A DNA stretch of 64,000 nt from Candidatus Blackallbacteria bacterium (GCA_051715345.1 JBPXJQ010000040.1:92-64091), one strand, 5' to 3'; positions 48,117-57,961 are shown, counted from the first letter of the stretch. Program-made: numbers and translations. The notes: a model not told the origin generated them from the letters alone.

Positions 48117-49091
48117 ATGAATTCCGCCAGCCAAGATCACTTAAGCCAGCTGCCTGTGCTGCGTTATTTCCCGTTTGAATCCGGCAAATACGACATTTCC
48201 ACACCTGGTTTATTCCATCTTCAGGTCGAAACAGAAACGCCTGAAAAACGGCTCTTTCAAATTGACCAAAGCTATCCACTTTATCTGCAAAACAAAGCAC
48301 ACTGCCGCCAAGAAAACATCAACAAATATTATTTGGAACAAGATTTGGACCCGGCCTGTCAACGTGTAGTGAATCAGACAATCGTGGACCATCTCTGCAG
48401 GGCCTACCCGCAGTGGTTTCAATTTGAGCAACAGAGCTTAAACTGCCGTTTGAGTGGAGATCAACTCAAACTCTCAGCCAAGTTTGAATTACAAGCACAC
48501 CCCTTATACCTGAATCTGTTTGATGCCTTGGCCTCTCAGCTGCAAGAAGATCTGGCCATTTGGCAATTGCAGGGAGACCAAGACTGGCTGGCTGCCTTAC
48601 ACGTCTGTGCCCCCAATTTTTGGGCCCCGGCTGAAAAAATTGGCAAAACCTTTGCCGAGGTGCATCAATCTGTGCCGGGCATGGCAGCCCAGCGCGGGAA
48701 TTATCTGCCGATGCTCAAAGGCCTGATTCAGAAACCTGCTTTTTATCGCTTTATTTGGGACCTCAAAACCAGCTCCCGACTGAATCACCACCCCTTGGCC
48801 CCGGCAGATATCTTGCCTGAAAAATGGCCATTTCCGCCCTTTTCACTGGGCGCACCCGAACTGTACGTGCGCGTCGAAAGGCAGGTTCTCTATGGTCTGC
48901 CTGCTTGCCAAGCCGTGCTCTTTGCCATTCGCACTTATCTCTACAAAGTTGAAGATCTGGATTTAGCTGGTTTGACGGGTCTCAAACAGGCCCTGGGGAC
49001 CATGAGGCCTGAGTTAATCGCCTACAAAAATCTGGATAAGAGCCGAGGGGACATACAAAGCTGGCTACAAGCATTGATCGCTCAAAAATAG
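48117..49091 (+). CDS. DUF3445 / heme-dependent oxidative N-demethylase alpha-like protein
   Basis: LQEDLAI, VCAPNFWAPAEKIGK, VHQSVPG, YVRVERQ, LFAIRTY. Confidence 0.82.
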   Translation: MNSASQDHLSQLPVLRYFPFESGKYDISTPGLFHLQVETETPEKRLFQIDQSYPLYLQNKAHCRQENINKYYLEQDLDPACQRVVNQTIVDHLCRAYPQWFQFEQQSLNCRLSGDQLKLSAKFELQAHPLYLNLFDALASQLQEDLAIWQLQGDQDWLAALHVCAPNFWAPAEKIGKTFAEVHQSVPGMAAQRGNYLPMLKGLIQKPAFYRFIWDLKTSSRLNHHPLAPADILPEKWPFPPFSLGAPELYVRVERQVLYGLPACQAVLFAIRTYLYKVEDLDLAGLTGLKQALGTMRPELIAYKNLDKSRGDIQSWLQALIAQK

Positions 49092-49109
49092 GCTGTTTTG
49101 GGAATATAA

Positions 49110-49275
49110 CAGTCATTTCTGGGGAGCGCGCGGAGCTAAATGGCTCCCCATTCCAGTCGCCCAGGCATTTGTCGGTCTTCAGCCCGGAGGCGAGCAACAG
49201 GGCTTCGATCTCTGGTCGGGACCAAAAGCGCAATTGGCTGTGAGAGGTCAGGCGTTCATGGGCAAATTGGTAGTT
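49110..49275 (-). pseudogene. 3' remnant of a SAM-dependent methyltransferase gene
   Basis: YQFAHERLTSHSQLRFWSRPEIEALL..SG......GDWNGEPF....SPEM matches a methyltransferase C-terminus; no N-terminal part. Confidence 0.55.
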
Positions 49276-49674
49276 TTACGCAGGGATGGGCGAGAGCAAA
49301 TCCCAGAGATTGCCATAGAGGTCTTCAAAGACGGCAACAGTGCCATAGGGCTGCTCTTGGGGTTCGCGCACAAAGCGAATGCCCTTGGCCCGCATGGCCT
49401 CATAATCGCGCCAGAAATCGTCGGTGCGCAGAAAAAAACTGACCCGGCCCCCGGTCTGATTGCCGACAAAAGCGACTTGTTCGGGCTGAGAAGGACGGGC
49501 CAGCAGGATATTTGTGCCAGTGGAACCGGGGGGAGCCACCACCACCCAGCGTTTGTCCTGTTCGGGGATATAGGTGTCTTCGAGCAAGTCAAAGTGCAGC
49601 TTTTGGGTAAAAAAGGCAATCGCTTCATCGTAGTCATCAACGAGCAAGGCCACAGAGACAATATTCTGGATCAT
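49276..49674 (-). CDS. VOC/glyoxalase family protein
   Basis: VDDYDEAIAFF, KRWVVVAPPG, GNQTGGRV, YGTVAVFEDLYGNLWDL. Confidence 0.92.
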   Translation of the reverse strand: MIQNIVSVALLVDDYDEAIAFFTQKLHFDLLEDTYIPEQDKRWVVVAPPGSTGTNILLARPSQPEQVAFVGNQTGGRVSFFLRTDDFWRDYEAMRAKGIRFVREPQEQPYGTVAVFEDLYGNLWDLLSPIPA

Positions 49675-49694
49675 GGATTACATCAACTTTCGTG

Positions 49695-50216
49695 TCATTG
49701 CTTTTGAAATATCTCGTTCAGAGTGTCTTGCACCAGATGTTTGGGGCTTGAATCGTTTGCCGCAAAAACCTGTTTTAGCTCTTTGGCGAGGAATTTGGGA
49801 TAGACATTCGATTTTTCAAGCTCATCTGGCGCGACCCATTTAAAGTTATGCCATTTGCCATTTTCGCAAATTTTGAATTCGGATTGGGCAAAAAGTAAAC
49901 TTTCAGGTTGTAATTCCACACGGTAATACAGACAGAGTTCGTGGAATTTCTCCTGAGAGACGTCTTCGACAAAGAACTGCTCGTTGATCCAGAGCAATTT
50001 GGCAAAGGCCATCTCAGCTTGAAGTTCTTCTTTGAGTTCTCTGCGCAGGGCCCTTTCACTGGGTTCATGCAGCCCAACCCGCCCGCCCGGAAGGTAATAA
50101 TAGGGCAATCCCGGCTCGCTCATCACAAGCACATGCTCTCCCTTCAGGATCACAGCAGCGACGCGGTAGTTAAACCGGCCTTGGTCGGTCACAAAAGTGA
50201 GATCAGTCATGGCCAT
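49695..50216 (-). CDS. NUDIX hydrolase
   Basis: LPGGRVGLHEPSERALRRELKEEL Nudix box. Confidence 0.9.
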   Translation of the reverse strand: MAMTDLTFVTDQGRFNYRVAAVILKGEHVLVMSEPGLPYYYLPGGRVGLHEPSERALRRELKEELQAEMAFAKLLWINEQFFVEDVSQEKFHELCLYYRVELQPESLLFAQSEFKICENGKWHNFKWVAPDELEKSNVYPKFLAKELKQVFAANDSSPKHLVQDTLNEIFQKQ

Positions 50217-50227
50217 GGTCGCGCCTG

Positions 50228-51310
50228 TTATAAATTGCTCAAAAGTGAGGGCAGACCTTTTAACAAATCTGAGGCGGAGGGCTCGCCCTCGCCCCCATTG
50301 TCCCCATTTGCGCCACCGCTCCGGCCAGAAGACAGCGCCATCTTCAAACCCTTGGCAAAGTCGGGATTGTCTTTACAGGCGGGGGGAATTCTGGAGACAT
50401 CGGTTTTGCCGCAGGTTGTTACATCTGCGCCTAATTTGGCGCATTTGCCAAAGGCCACTCCGATCTCATAACAATTGACATTCTGATTCGCAGACAGAGA
50501 GAGAGGGGATGTTTTGGGTAAACGGGCCTGGACCACTTTCAGGCGCTGGGCAGCGTCTTTGTATCTGGGTGCATAATTGACAATCGCTGCGTAGGCTTCT
50601 TTGGCCTGGGCAAAGCGACCCTGCAGTTGGGCATTGATTCCCAGCTTATAACTGGCTTCCAACCATTGTTTTTTTTGTTCAAATTCCCGGTTTTGTTCGC
50701 GCACAGCGAGGTATTGGCTTACCATATTCAAACGTTTTTGGGCGTCTTTGTAATTTGCTTTCAGCGCCAAAACACGTTGGTAATTGGTTTTGGCCTGGGC
50801 AAACTGGCCATTGAGCTGTTGATCATAGGCCTGGGCATAGGTTGTTTTGAGGGTGTCTTCCAATTGCTTCTGCTGGTGGCTCTCATAGGCTTTTTTGGCT
50901 TGGGGATAGAATTTTTGCTGTTCTTTGAATTTGGGATTGACGGCTTGGACTTGAGCCAAGGCGTAATAGGCGCGGGGATAGTCCTTTTCTTGCAGGGCCT
51001 TGACCCCCAATTCGTACAGGGCCTCAATAGGGGCATTGTCTTTGGCCTGCATCAAAGCCCCAATCGTTTGGTCATATTCTGTGGCTTTTTTTTCTTTGAG
51101 CCATTCCAACTCTGCTTTGAGGCTGGCTTGGGCTTTATTGAGGTTTTCCTCGCGCCAAACGTGTTTTTTGACCTGTTTCTGCAATTGTTTGTTTTCAGTC
51201 TGAAGCGAATGAATATTTAAATAGCCCCATAATCCCATGGCTGCGGCGCTCAGCAAACAGCCAAGCGCAAAGGGGATCAGCTTTTCTTTGAAAGTTTTCA
51301 TGTTTTTCAT
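50228..51310 (-). CDS. Membrane-anchored TPR protein
   Basis: N-terminal TM helix; repeats QFAQAK..Y........YKDA; four-Cys C-terminal segment. Confidence 0.75.
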   Translation of the reverse strand: MKNMKTFKEKLIPFALGCLLSAAAMGLWGYLNIHSLQTENKQLQKQVKKHVWREENLNKAQASLKAELEWLKEKKATEYDQTIGALMQAKDNAPIEALYELGVKALQEKDYPRAYYALAQVQAVNPKFKEQQKFYPQAKKAYESHQQKQLEDTLKTTYAQAYDQQLNGQFAQAKTNYQRVLALKANYKDAQKRLNMVSQYLAVREQNREFEQKKQWLEASYKLGINAQLQGRFAQAKEAYAAIVNYAPRYKDAAQRLKVVQARLPKTSPLSLSANQNVNCYEIGVAFGKCAKLGADVTTCGKTDVSRIPPACKDNPDFAKGLKMALSSGRSGGANGDNGGEGEPSASDLLKGLPSLLSNL

Positions 51311-51508
51311 TTCCCTTTCAGAGTGTATCACACTGCCTGGATTGAAAGGCCTGAGCAACGTTTCAGGAGTCTCTGTTTACACTATTTCAGTGGGTTCGAT
51401 GGCCTGCATGAAAGATCATTTCCGGGGAATGTTCTGGATTCAAAGACAAACTGGCCGTGCAAGATCTTCGCAGGGAGCAGTCATTGTGTTTATTCCCATG
51501 AGCAACTT

Positions 51509-51817
51509 CTAGCCAGAAATATAGGCTCCTAGCCCGAAAAGTATCAAGTAAACTCCGAAACAAAAACAAGACAACGAAACAAACCAAAAAAAGGGTCTGC
51601 GGCGGTCCGTTTTTTCAAACGGATTGGTTTCATTTTGAAAGAGCTTTCCAGAAAAAAACAAGCTCCAAAAAAGCTTTGCTCGCTCTTTGTTGCTGCCCCA
51701 GAGATACAACCGCCCTGTAATAATCATTACAAAAGACATGATTACAAGGTACATTCCACCTACAGAGAATAACAGATAAAACGGATCGTGATACATAAAA
51801 TCCCTAAAATAATTCAA
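51509..51817 (-). CDS. Small hypothetical membrane protein (AT-rich)
   Basis: Two hydrophobic segments; follows the TfoX gene; start uncertain. Confidence 0.5.
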   Translation of the reverse strand: MNYFRDFMYHDPFYLLFSVGGMYLVIMSFVMIITGRLYLWGSNKERAKLFWSLFFSGKLFQNETNPFEKTDRRRPFFWFVSLSCFCFGVYLILFGLGAYISG

Positions 51818-51828
51818 AAAAGTTTATC

Positions 51829-52176
51829 TCATACTTCTTCTTGCCTTTTGTGTGGCTTGCGCTGCTTTTTGGCAGGGCTGGGCAATTCTGCTGCCGTAAT
51901 CTGAATTAATTGGCAGAGCCAGTCCGCGTCTTGGATATTGGCTTGAATCAGAAAACAGGGCTTGGCCCCAGGATAAGGACTGGCCTCGACCGGTTCTTGT
52001 ATCAGTGCCCGCCCGCCGGGGGTGGGTTTGACGAACAGTTGGTTGTCTGAGATCAGCGCGACAATTTTGTCACCAGCATAGAGGGCATACTCCCCAAACA
52101 TCTTTTTGGGGGCGATATTATCGAGGCTTTTGAGTTGTCCGATGACACTTTCAACAAATTCAGGATCTGAGGCCAT
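51829..52176 (-). CDS. TfoX/Sxy N-terminal domain protein
   Basis: KKMFGEYALY, DNQLFVKPT, PYPGAK. Confidence 0.88.
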   Translation of the reverse strand: MASDPEFVESVIGQLKSLDNIAPKKMFGEYALYAGDKIVALISDNQLFVKPTPGGRALIQEPVEASPYPGAKPCFLIQANIQDADWLCQLIQITAAELPSPAKKQRKPHKRQEEV

Positions 52177-52309
52177 GCATCATTTTTCCTTTTATTTCAC
52201 AAATTTGACTCTGTACCAACGTACCAGAAAAAACCCCGCAACAAAATAGCCTCCCCCCATTTGCTAAAATGGGGGAATTAATCCTGTCTGTCTAAAAGAG
52301 AGGCCAGCG

Positions 52310-52795
52310 ATGAGCAATTGGATCTCCAACAAGAAAGCCCAGGTCGAGATGGGGCTGAGCAACGGGGCCACCGCTGTTTTACTCAGCCTCTTGCTCTTGG
52401 CGGGCTCAGATTTGGCCGAGACGCCTTGGGAACAAGCCTGTATCACCTGGTTGAGCGAGCAGGACCAAAGTATTTTTGGCTTGGGTGTCGTGAGTTTCGA
52501 TCTCGATCAGCTGGCTTGGCAGCGGGCAGACTTTGACAGGCAAAAGGCTTTTTTACTCCGAACGGTGGATCTCGCTTTGATGCGGCATCGCTGGGAGCTG
52601 CTGGACTATGATCCCCCTGCGGGCCCAGATTTTTTGCGGGAATTTCGCAGTGTCTTGGAGAGTTATGATCGCGAGATGATTGACTCAGACAAAGACTGGG
52701 ATTGGTTTCAAGCCCCCGAGCGCTTTGAAAAATGCCCCCAGCACCAGGTCTTTCAACACGCCAATGGCTGTCTCATTTGCCACGATGCCGCTTAA
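52310..52795 (+). CDS. Hypothetical protein with C-terminal Cys/His cluster
   Basis: RBS GAGG; CPQH...H..GCLICH. Confidence 0.65.
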   Translation: MSNWISNKKAQVEMGLSNGATAVLLSLLLLAGSDLAETPWEQACITWLSEQDQSIFGLGVVSFDLDQLAWQRADFDRQKAFLLRTVDLALMRHRWELLDYDPPAGPDFLREFRSVLESYDREMIDSDKDWDWFQAPERFEKCPQHQVFQHANGCLICHDAA

Positions 52796-52816
52796 ATTGA
52801 ACCGGCTCCGGCTATT

Positions 52817-53374
52817 TTAAGTTTGGGCCTGTGCCAAGTTCAGCAATTGCTTGAGACAGACTTCTGGGCTCATTTTATCTGTTTCAATCTGCAACGCATA
52901 ATCCATGCCCTGGTGTACCCGTTTGAATTGGACTTTTGCCAAACCGATTTCCCGGTCTCGCCTTAATTTTTCCCGTTTTTCCAGGGTTTCGAGGCCACAG
53001 AAGACCCCCACAAAACGCACCGGATAGGCAGTCAACTTTTGAAGGAGATCGTCTCTCCACTCGGGCTCTTGCAGCACATGATCGACAATCACGTTTTGCC
53101 CTGCCTGCAAATAGGTGCGGATCAGGTCATGAAAAGAGAGCACAAATCCATGCAAGAGATAACCACTCAAGGGATGTTTGTTTTCAGCAGATTGAGCCAA
53201 AATAGGGACATATTTTTGTTGGTATGCCTCCATCAGAAGCTGCAAATGGGTATCAACGGCCAAATAGTGATAATCGGGCACTGCTTTTAAAAATGCCTGG
53301 GCTAGCGTGGTCTTTCCGGAGCTAGAAGCACCATTTAAAACCAGGGCATGGGCGTGGGGATTGGTTTTAGACAT
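52817..53374 (-). CDS. Chloramphenicol phosphotransferase-like P-loop kinase
   Basis: LNGASSSGKTT, VIVDHV, VGVFC...E.RE..R.DR..G.A. Confidence 0.85.
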   Translation of the reverse strand: MSKTNPHAHALVLNGASSSGKTTLAQAFLKAVPDYHYLAVDTHLQLLMEAYQQKYVPILAQSAENKHPLSGYLLHGFVLSFHDLIRTYLQAGQNVIVDHVLQEPEWRDDLLQKLTAYPVRFVGVFCGLETLEKREKLRRDREIGLAKVQFKRVHQGMDYALQIETDKMSPEVCLKQLLNLAQAQT

Positions 53375-53380
53375 TCTTGA

Positions 53381-54013
53381 TTATATCCGCCGTCCCACCA
53401 ACATGCCATCGCGGATACTGAGCATGGTGCACTCCACCCGTGGGTCTTGGGCTGCCCGTTTGTTCATGCCATCCACTGCCGCGGCGGTTTCAGATTCAGG
53501 GTTTAAGGCGCGGCCCCCCAAGAAGACATTGTCAACCACAATCAGACCTCCGGGGTTGAGCATGGGCACACAGGCTTCCCAATAATGGGGGTAATTGTGT
53601 TTGTCGGCATCAATAAAGATCAGGTCAAATTGACCTTCGAGTTGGGGCAGGGTATCCAAAGCGGCACCGAGCTTCAATTCAATTTTTGAACCATGGGGTG
53701 AACGGGCCCAAAACTCTTGGGCAATGGCGGTGGTATCGGGGTCGGTATCCAAGGTGATCAAATGGCCATCAGCGGGCAAAGCCTCAGCCATGGCCAAAGC
53801 GCTATAACCTGTAAAGCAACCCAATTCCAGCACCCGTTTGGCGCCGCTGGTTTGAATCAGCATGCGCAAAACACTGGCCTCCAAAGGACCCACCAGCATA
53901 ATCGCCCATTCGGTGCGTGCATGGGTGGCCTGAAAGAGTTCATCTAAAAGGGGGGAAGGACTGTGGCTGTGGCGTTCGCAGTAGGTATCCAGTTCGTTGG
54001 CAATTAAAGGCAT
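53381..54013 (-). CDS. O-methyltransferase (COMT/CCoAOMT-like)
   Basis: LELGCFTGYSAL, FDLIFIDADK, GGLIVVDN, IRDG. Confidence 0.92.
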   Translation of the reverse strand: MPLIANELDTYCERHSHSPSPLLDELFQATHARTEWAIMLVGPLEASVLRMLIQTSGAKRVLELGCFTGYSALAMAEALPADGHLITLDTDPDTTAIAQEFWARSPHGSKIELKLGAALDTLPQLEGQFDLIFIDADKHNYPHYWEACVPMLNPGGLIVVDNVFLGGRALNPESETAAAVDGMNKRAAQDPRVECTMLSIRDGMLVGRRI

Positions 54014-54137
54014 GGTGTTGCTCCTGTTTGTTTGCGCCAGATTGTTTGGGCGCTGTTTGATTATTTTCAGTTTATGAGCAAATTTCTATCTGAACAATAG
54101 ATAACGATAGATAGTTAGCATCGAAATCATCGATATA

Positions 54138-54181
54138 AAGCGACCACACAAGCGACCACACAAGCAACCACACAAGTGACC
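54138..54181. repeat. 12-bp tandem repeat, about 3.7 copies (AAGCGACCACAC)
   Basis: Directly visible; no spacers between copies. Confidence 0.85.
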
Positions 54182-54393
54182 TTTCAGTTGACAGCCATTC
54201 CGCAATTCATGTGTTTGAAAATTGAGTTGAATTTATTTGCCTTTGGTCAGCTATTTCTTTGATATGTATCATTGTCGCACTCCCGCCACAGACATCCCCC
54301 GAAACCCTTGATAAACACAGGAACAGAGCCCTTTTTGGGGCCCAAGATCTGCCTGTTAAAATAAGAGTAGAGCCAGACCCGGAGGTGAATCTC

Positions 54394-55248
54394 ATGAACA
54401 AATTAGAAGAACTTGAAGATTTAAAAGGCAGTCTGTCGGATCAGCGCCATGCCATCGCCACCCAAGCGTTTGAACAGGGTATGAATCGCTTTGCTCAAGC
54501 CCAAGCAGCGGGGTTTAACGACCCCAGCCAATTGCGGGAAACATGTCAGCTTTTACTCGACGCCATTCGCCACCAACACCATCTGCCCGACCCTTACATT
54601 GCCTTGGCGTATTTGATGCTGCTGCTGGATAACCGCAGCGCAGCGTTGCACTACCTCGCCGAAGCCCTGCGCATCGATCCGGGCAATCCCAGTGCAGCCA
54701 GCTTGAGTCAGCTGATTCATACAGACAGCACCCCCCGGCAGGTGAATCCGCACTTTGAACATCGCTTTGAGGCCTTGTTGGAAAAGACCATCCGAGAAAT
54801 TTCTCAATCCCCGCCGCCCGAACCCTGTGCCGAAGAGGAAGGCCTTCGACAACTTGAGGCACAGGCCATCGCTTTGCGCCGCCAATACGATGAACTCTCA
54901 GATCTCGCTTTGCCCGAGGAGCGAGAGAAGCTGCCTCCCATTGCCAAGCGGCTGGAACTCTTTGAAAAAGCCCTGCAGCTGTCTTGCGAATTGCAAGAGG
55001 TACACACGCGTCTGATCGAAGAGCAGGACACAGCTGCCAGTTTAGATCTGCTCACAGAGTCGAATGCGCCCTTGGCGGGACAAGAGCTGGTCCAAACCCT
55101 CAGCCATTGCGATGAGTTGGCCGACGAAATCAACGCCCTTGAATCGATTGGAATTCCGGTATCTGAACTCGAAGCAGATTACGCAAAACTCGCTGACACC
55201 GTGGAGCAGGTACAAACACACCTGCATGAGAAAGGAGTAAATTTATGA
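54394..55248 (+). CDS. TPR plus helical-bundle protein, paralog of 38470-39423
   Basis: RBS GGAGGT before ATG 54394; DPYIALAYLMLLLDNRSAALHYLAEALRIDPGN; HCDELADEI. Confidence 0.8.
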   Translation: MNKLEELEDLKGSLSDQRHAIATQAFEQGMNRFAQAQAAGFNDPSQLRETCQLLLDAIRHQHHLPDPYIALAYLMLLLDNRSAALHYLAEALRIDPGNPSAASLSQLIHTDSTPRQVNPHFEHRFEALLEKTIREISQSPPPEPCAEEEGLRQLEAQAIALRRQYDELSDLALPEEREKLPPIAKRLELFEKALQLSCELQEVHTRLIEEQDTAASLDLLTESNAPLAGQELVQTLSHCDELADEINALESIGIPVSELEADYAKLADTVEQVQTHLHEKGVNL

Positions 55249-57275
55249 ATATCGGCATACATCGCGTCACATCTGGTGCCTCCCCCAGTGTACCAGCTGC
55301 GGTTCCACAGGCACCACAGTCACCGGGAGTGACCCCCGCAACCGCTCCACCCAGCACGGCCAAACCCAGCACGGCCATGCACGCCCAGATTCAGCAAAGT
55401 CAAACCCAAACGGCGGTCCTGCGCAACCTCACGGCCCCGCAATTGCCCGAAGCGGTCATGGCTCAAGCCCAAGAACATGGGGCCGATCAGATTCAACGGG
55501 TGGCTGCCCGGCCGGGCGTCTTGGCGTGGCTCAAAGCGTCAAGTCTTGGGCATTTCTTTGCGAAACTATTCACCACGCCCCCTCCACCGCCCTATGCCCG
55601 AGGCACCCTCAACATACCTGAGGGAACAGTGCCTGAGCGGGTTCAGGATCCAGGCATCAAAGGCAAATTTGCCCACGCGACCCGCATCTACAAAACAGAT
55701 CCCACGCAGCTCCGGGGAGATCTCTCCCCTGGCGATTTTCTGGATGTCTCAAAAGGGGAGCACTGTACCTATAGCCGCACCGCTAATCCCCATATTCTGG
55801 CTGTCGAAAAATACCACCACGATGACGATGACAATCTGGTCTTTGACTTCAAAGGTTATGTCTATACCCGCGACATTGCCTCCCACTTCCAGGCCCGCAG
55901 CCACAAGGCCCTGGATGAAAACGCGGCTCTGTTCCCACATCCCCCCAGTGTTCGGGATATCAAACAGGGGGCCATTGGCGATTGTTATTTCATGGCTGGC
56001 CTTGCAAGCATTGTGGCCCAAAAGCCCGAGGCTGTAAAAGACATGATTCGTGACAATGGAGATGGCACAGTCACTGTGAAATTATTTGATGTCAAAACCG
56101 CCGAGGGTCAGAAGACCTTTGCGCCCAAATACCTGACCTTTGATAAATCCGTTTTACACACCGACTTTGCCATTCGCGAGCACGCCAGCAAAGAGGCCCC
56201 CTGGGTGGCGCTGTTGGAAAAAGCCTATGCCATTCACACAGGTTCTTACGCCCGCATGGGAGAAGGGGGTTTCGCCAGCGATATCTACGAAACCCTGCTG
56301 GGTCAGCCTGCAATTAAACAGGAGATCCAGGCCACTCCCCTGTCTGCCGCTCTGCGGCAAGCCTTTGTCTTGCCCAGCAGCCAAGAACAAGAGCGGGATC
56401 CACAAGTCCGTGAGTTGGCGCTGTTTATGCAAGCCATGGTTCCCAGGGCCCAGGCGCTGATCGAACAGGAAAAAAGCGGCCCGGTCACCCGTGAAGCCAT
56501 CCATGAATTGGTTTCGGCCCAGTCTCCCGTGCGTTTGGGAGACCCTCAGACCCTGAGCGCAATTCGCACAGCTTTGCGGGCCGATCATCTCGAAACGCCT
56601 GAGTTGACCAAGAGCCTGATCTCTGCTTGGCGGGATCTGCCGCCGCTGACAAGCCGTGAAGCCGTGATCGACGCCTTAAAAAGGGTCACCCCCCCACTCT
56701 CAGAGGCCGTTCAGCAGAGTATTCTCAAAGTAGCTTCTCCGCTGACTCTGAGCCCTGAAAACCAGCAGCGATTGCTGCATCTGCTCGAACCACAACTTTC
56801 TGGGGCCCGGGGCTCTGGAATCTATGCAGACAGCCAAAAGACCCTTTTCGAACAAATTCAGGCCGGCTTGGCCGCAGGCAAACCCATGGGAACAGGCTCT
56901 CGCCATACCCTTGCTGCGGAAGATGGTGAGGCCGGAGGGGTCGGCACGGCTGGAGAAGAGGTCATTCATGGGTTGGTAGGGGGCCACGATTTTGCGATCA
57001 CAGGTGCAGTAGAATTGCGGCCAGGGGATCGGGGTTATCCGGGTCCCGCAGATGGCCCTCCCTTGCGTTTTGTGCGATTGCGCAACCCCTGGGGAGATAT
57101 GTCAGAGACCTTGTCTGGGGTGCTGAATGCCACAGGCATACTCAGTTACGGTGCGCGGGAATACCGCTTTAACCGCGAAACAGGCAAACTCGAGGCCCAT
57201 GCCACCCACGGGGCAGAATACCTCTGTGAATTAAGTGATTATACGCGCAACTTTGAGCATATTTACTCCACTTAA
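55245..57275 (+). CDS. Calpain-like (peptidase C2) cysteine protease with low-complexity N-terminus
   Basis: QGAIGDCYFMA (Cys), WVALLEKAYA, GHDFAI (His), RLRNPWG (Asn). Confidence 0.88.
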   Translation: MNIGIHRVTSGASPSVPAAVPQAPQSPGVTPATAPPSTAKPSTAMHAQIQQSQTQTAVLRNLTAPQLPEAVMAQAQEHGADQIQRVAARPGVLAWLKASSLGHFFAKLFTTPPPPPYARGTLNIPEGTVPERVQDPGIKGKFAHATRIYKTDPTQLRGDLSPGDFLDVSKGEHCTYSRTANPHILAVEKYHHDDDDNLVFDFKGYVYTRDIASHFQARSHKALDENAALFPHPPSVRDIKQGAIGDCYFMAGLASIVAQKPEAVKDMIRDNGDGTVTVKLFDVKTAEGQKTFAPKYLTFDKSVLHTDFAIREHASKEAPWVALLEKAYAIHTGSYARMGEGGFASDIYETLLGQPAIKQEIQATPLSAALRQAFVLPSSQEQERDPQVRELALFMQAMVPRAQALIEQEKSGPVTREAIHELVSAQSPVRLGDPQTLSAIRTALRADHLETPELTKSLISAWRDLPPLTSREAVIDALKRVTPPLSEAVQQSILKVASPLTLSPENQQRLLHLLEPQLSGARGSGIYADSQKTLFEQIQAGLAAGKPMGTGSRHTLAAEDGEAGGVGTAGEEVIHGLVGGHDFAITGAVELRPGDRGYPGPADGPPLRFVRLRNPWGDMSETLSGVLNATGILSYGAREYRFNRETGKLEAHATHGAEYLCELSDYTRNFEHIYST

Positions 57276-57348
57276 TGGATCCTTCGTTCACGATTTCCGA
57301 GTGACCCTTGCGTTGATCCTGAACGGGGCAAAAGGTATACTCAAAGCT

Positions 57349-57939
57349 ATGAAAGCCTATTCTGAAGCCTGCGAGCGCAACAAAGGACCGATACTTGCTG
57401 TATTGAAGCCGCTGCTGCAAAAGAGCCAAGCCGTACTTGAAATTGGCAGCGGTACGGGTCAGCACGCCGTGCATTTTGCGCGGGAGCTGCCGCAGCTCAC
57501 TTGGCATGCCAGTGATCAGGCTGTGCATCACCCAGACCTTCGCGAAAGGTTCGCCGAAGCCGCTTTGCCAAATCTTCGCGGCCCTGTGTTGCTCGACGTG
57601 AGCCAGCCCGACTGGCCAGCGCTGCGTGTTGACTTCATCTTCTCGGCCAATACCCTGCATATCATGGACGAAAAAATGGTTGCGGATTTTTTTGCGGGGG
57701 TGGCACAGCTTTTGCCTGCACAGGGCCAGTTGGCAGTCTATGGGCCGTTTAATCAGGCGGGGCAATTCACAAGTGAAGGCAATGCCAATCTAGATGCCTG
57801 GGCCAAAAGCACCTTTCCAGGGGGTGGGATCAAAGATCTGGAGGCTGTGTTGGCCCTGGCGCTGAACCATGGACTGAATTTGCAGCAAAACCATGCCATG
57901 CCTGCCAATAACCGCCTGCTGCATTGGCTTCGGGATTGA
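57349..57939 (+). CDS. DUF938 SAM-dependent methyltransferase
   Basis: SEACERNKGPIL, VLEIGSGTGQH, YGPF, MPANN. Confidence 0.9.
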   Translation: MKAYSEACERNKGPILAVLKPLLQKSQAVLEIGSGTGQHAVHFARELPQLTWHASDQAVHHPDLRERFAEAALPNLRGPVLLDVSQPDWPALRVDFIFSANTLHIMDEKMVADFFAGVAQLLPAQGQLAVYGPFNQAGQFTSEGNANLDAWAKSTFPGGGIKDLEAVLALALNHGLNLQQNHAMPANNRLLHWLRD

Positions 57940-57961
57940 TGAAGCCAGAGACTTGTGGCGA

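Noticed and set aside
52817-53374. Chloramphenicol resistance gene
   Set aside because: Only family-level motifs; the substrate cannot be inferred.
54138-54181. Direct repeats as a CRISPR array
   Set aside because: 12-bp head-to-tail units with no spacers and no cas genes.
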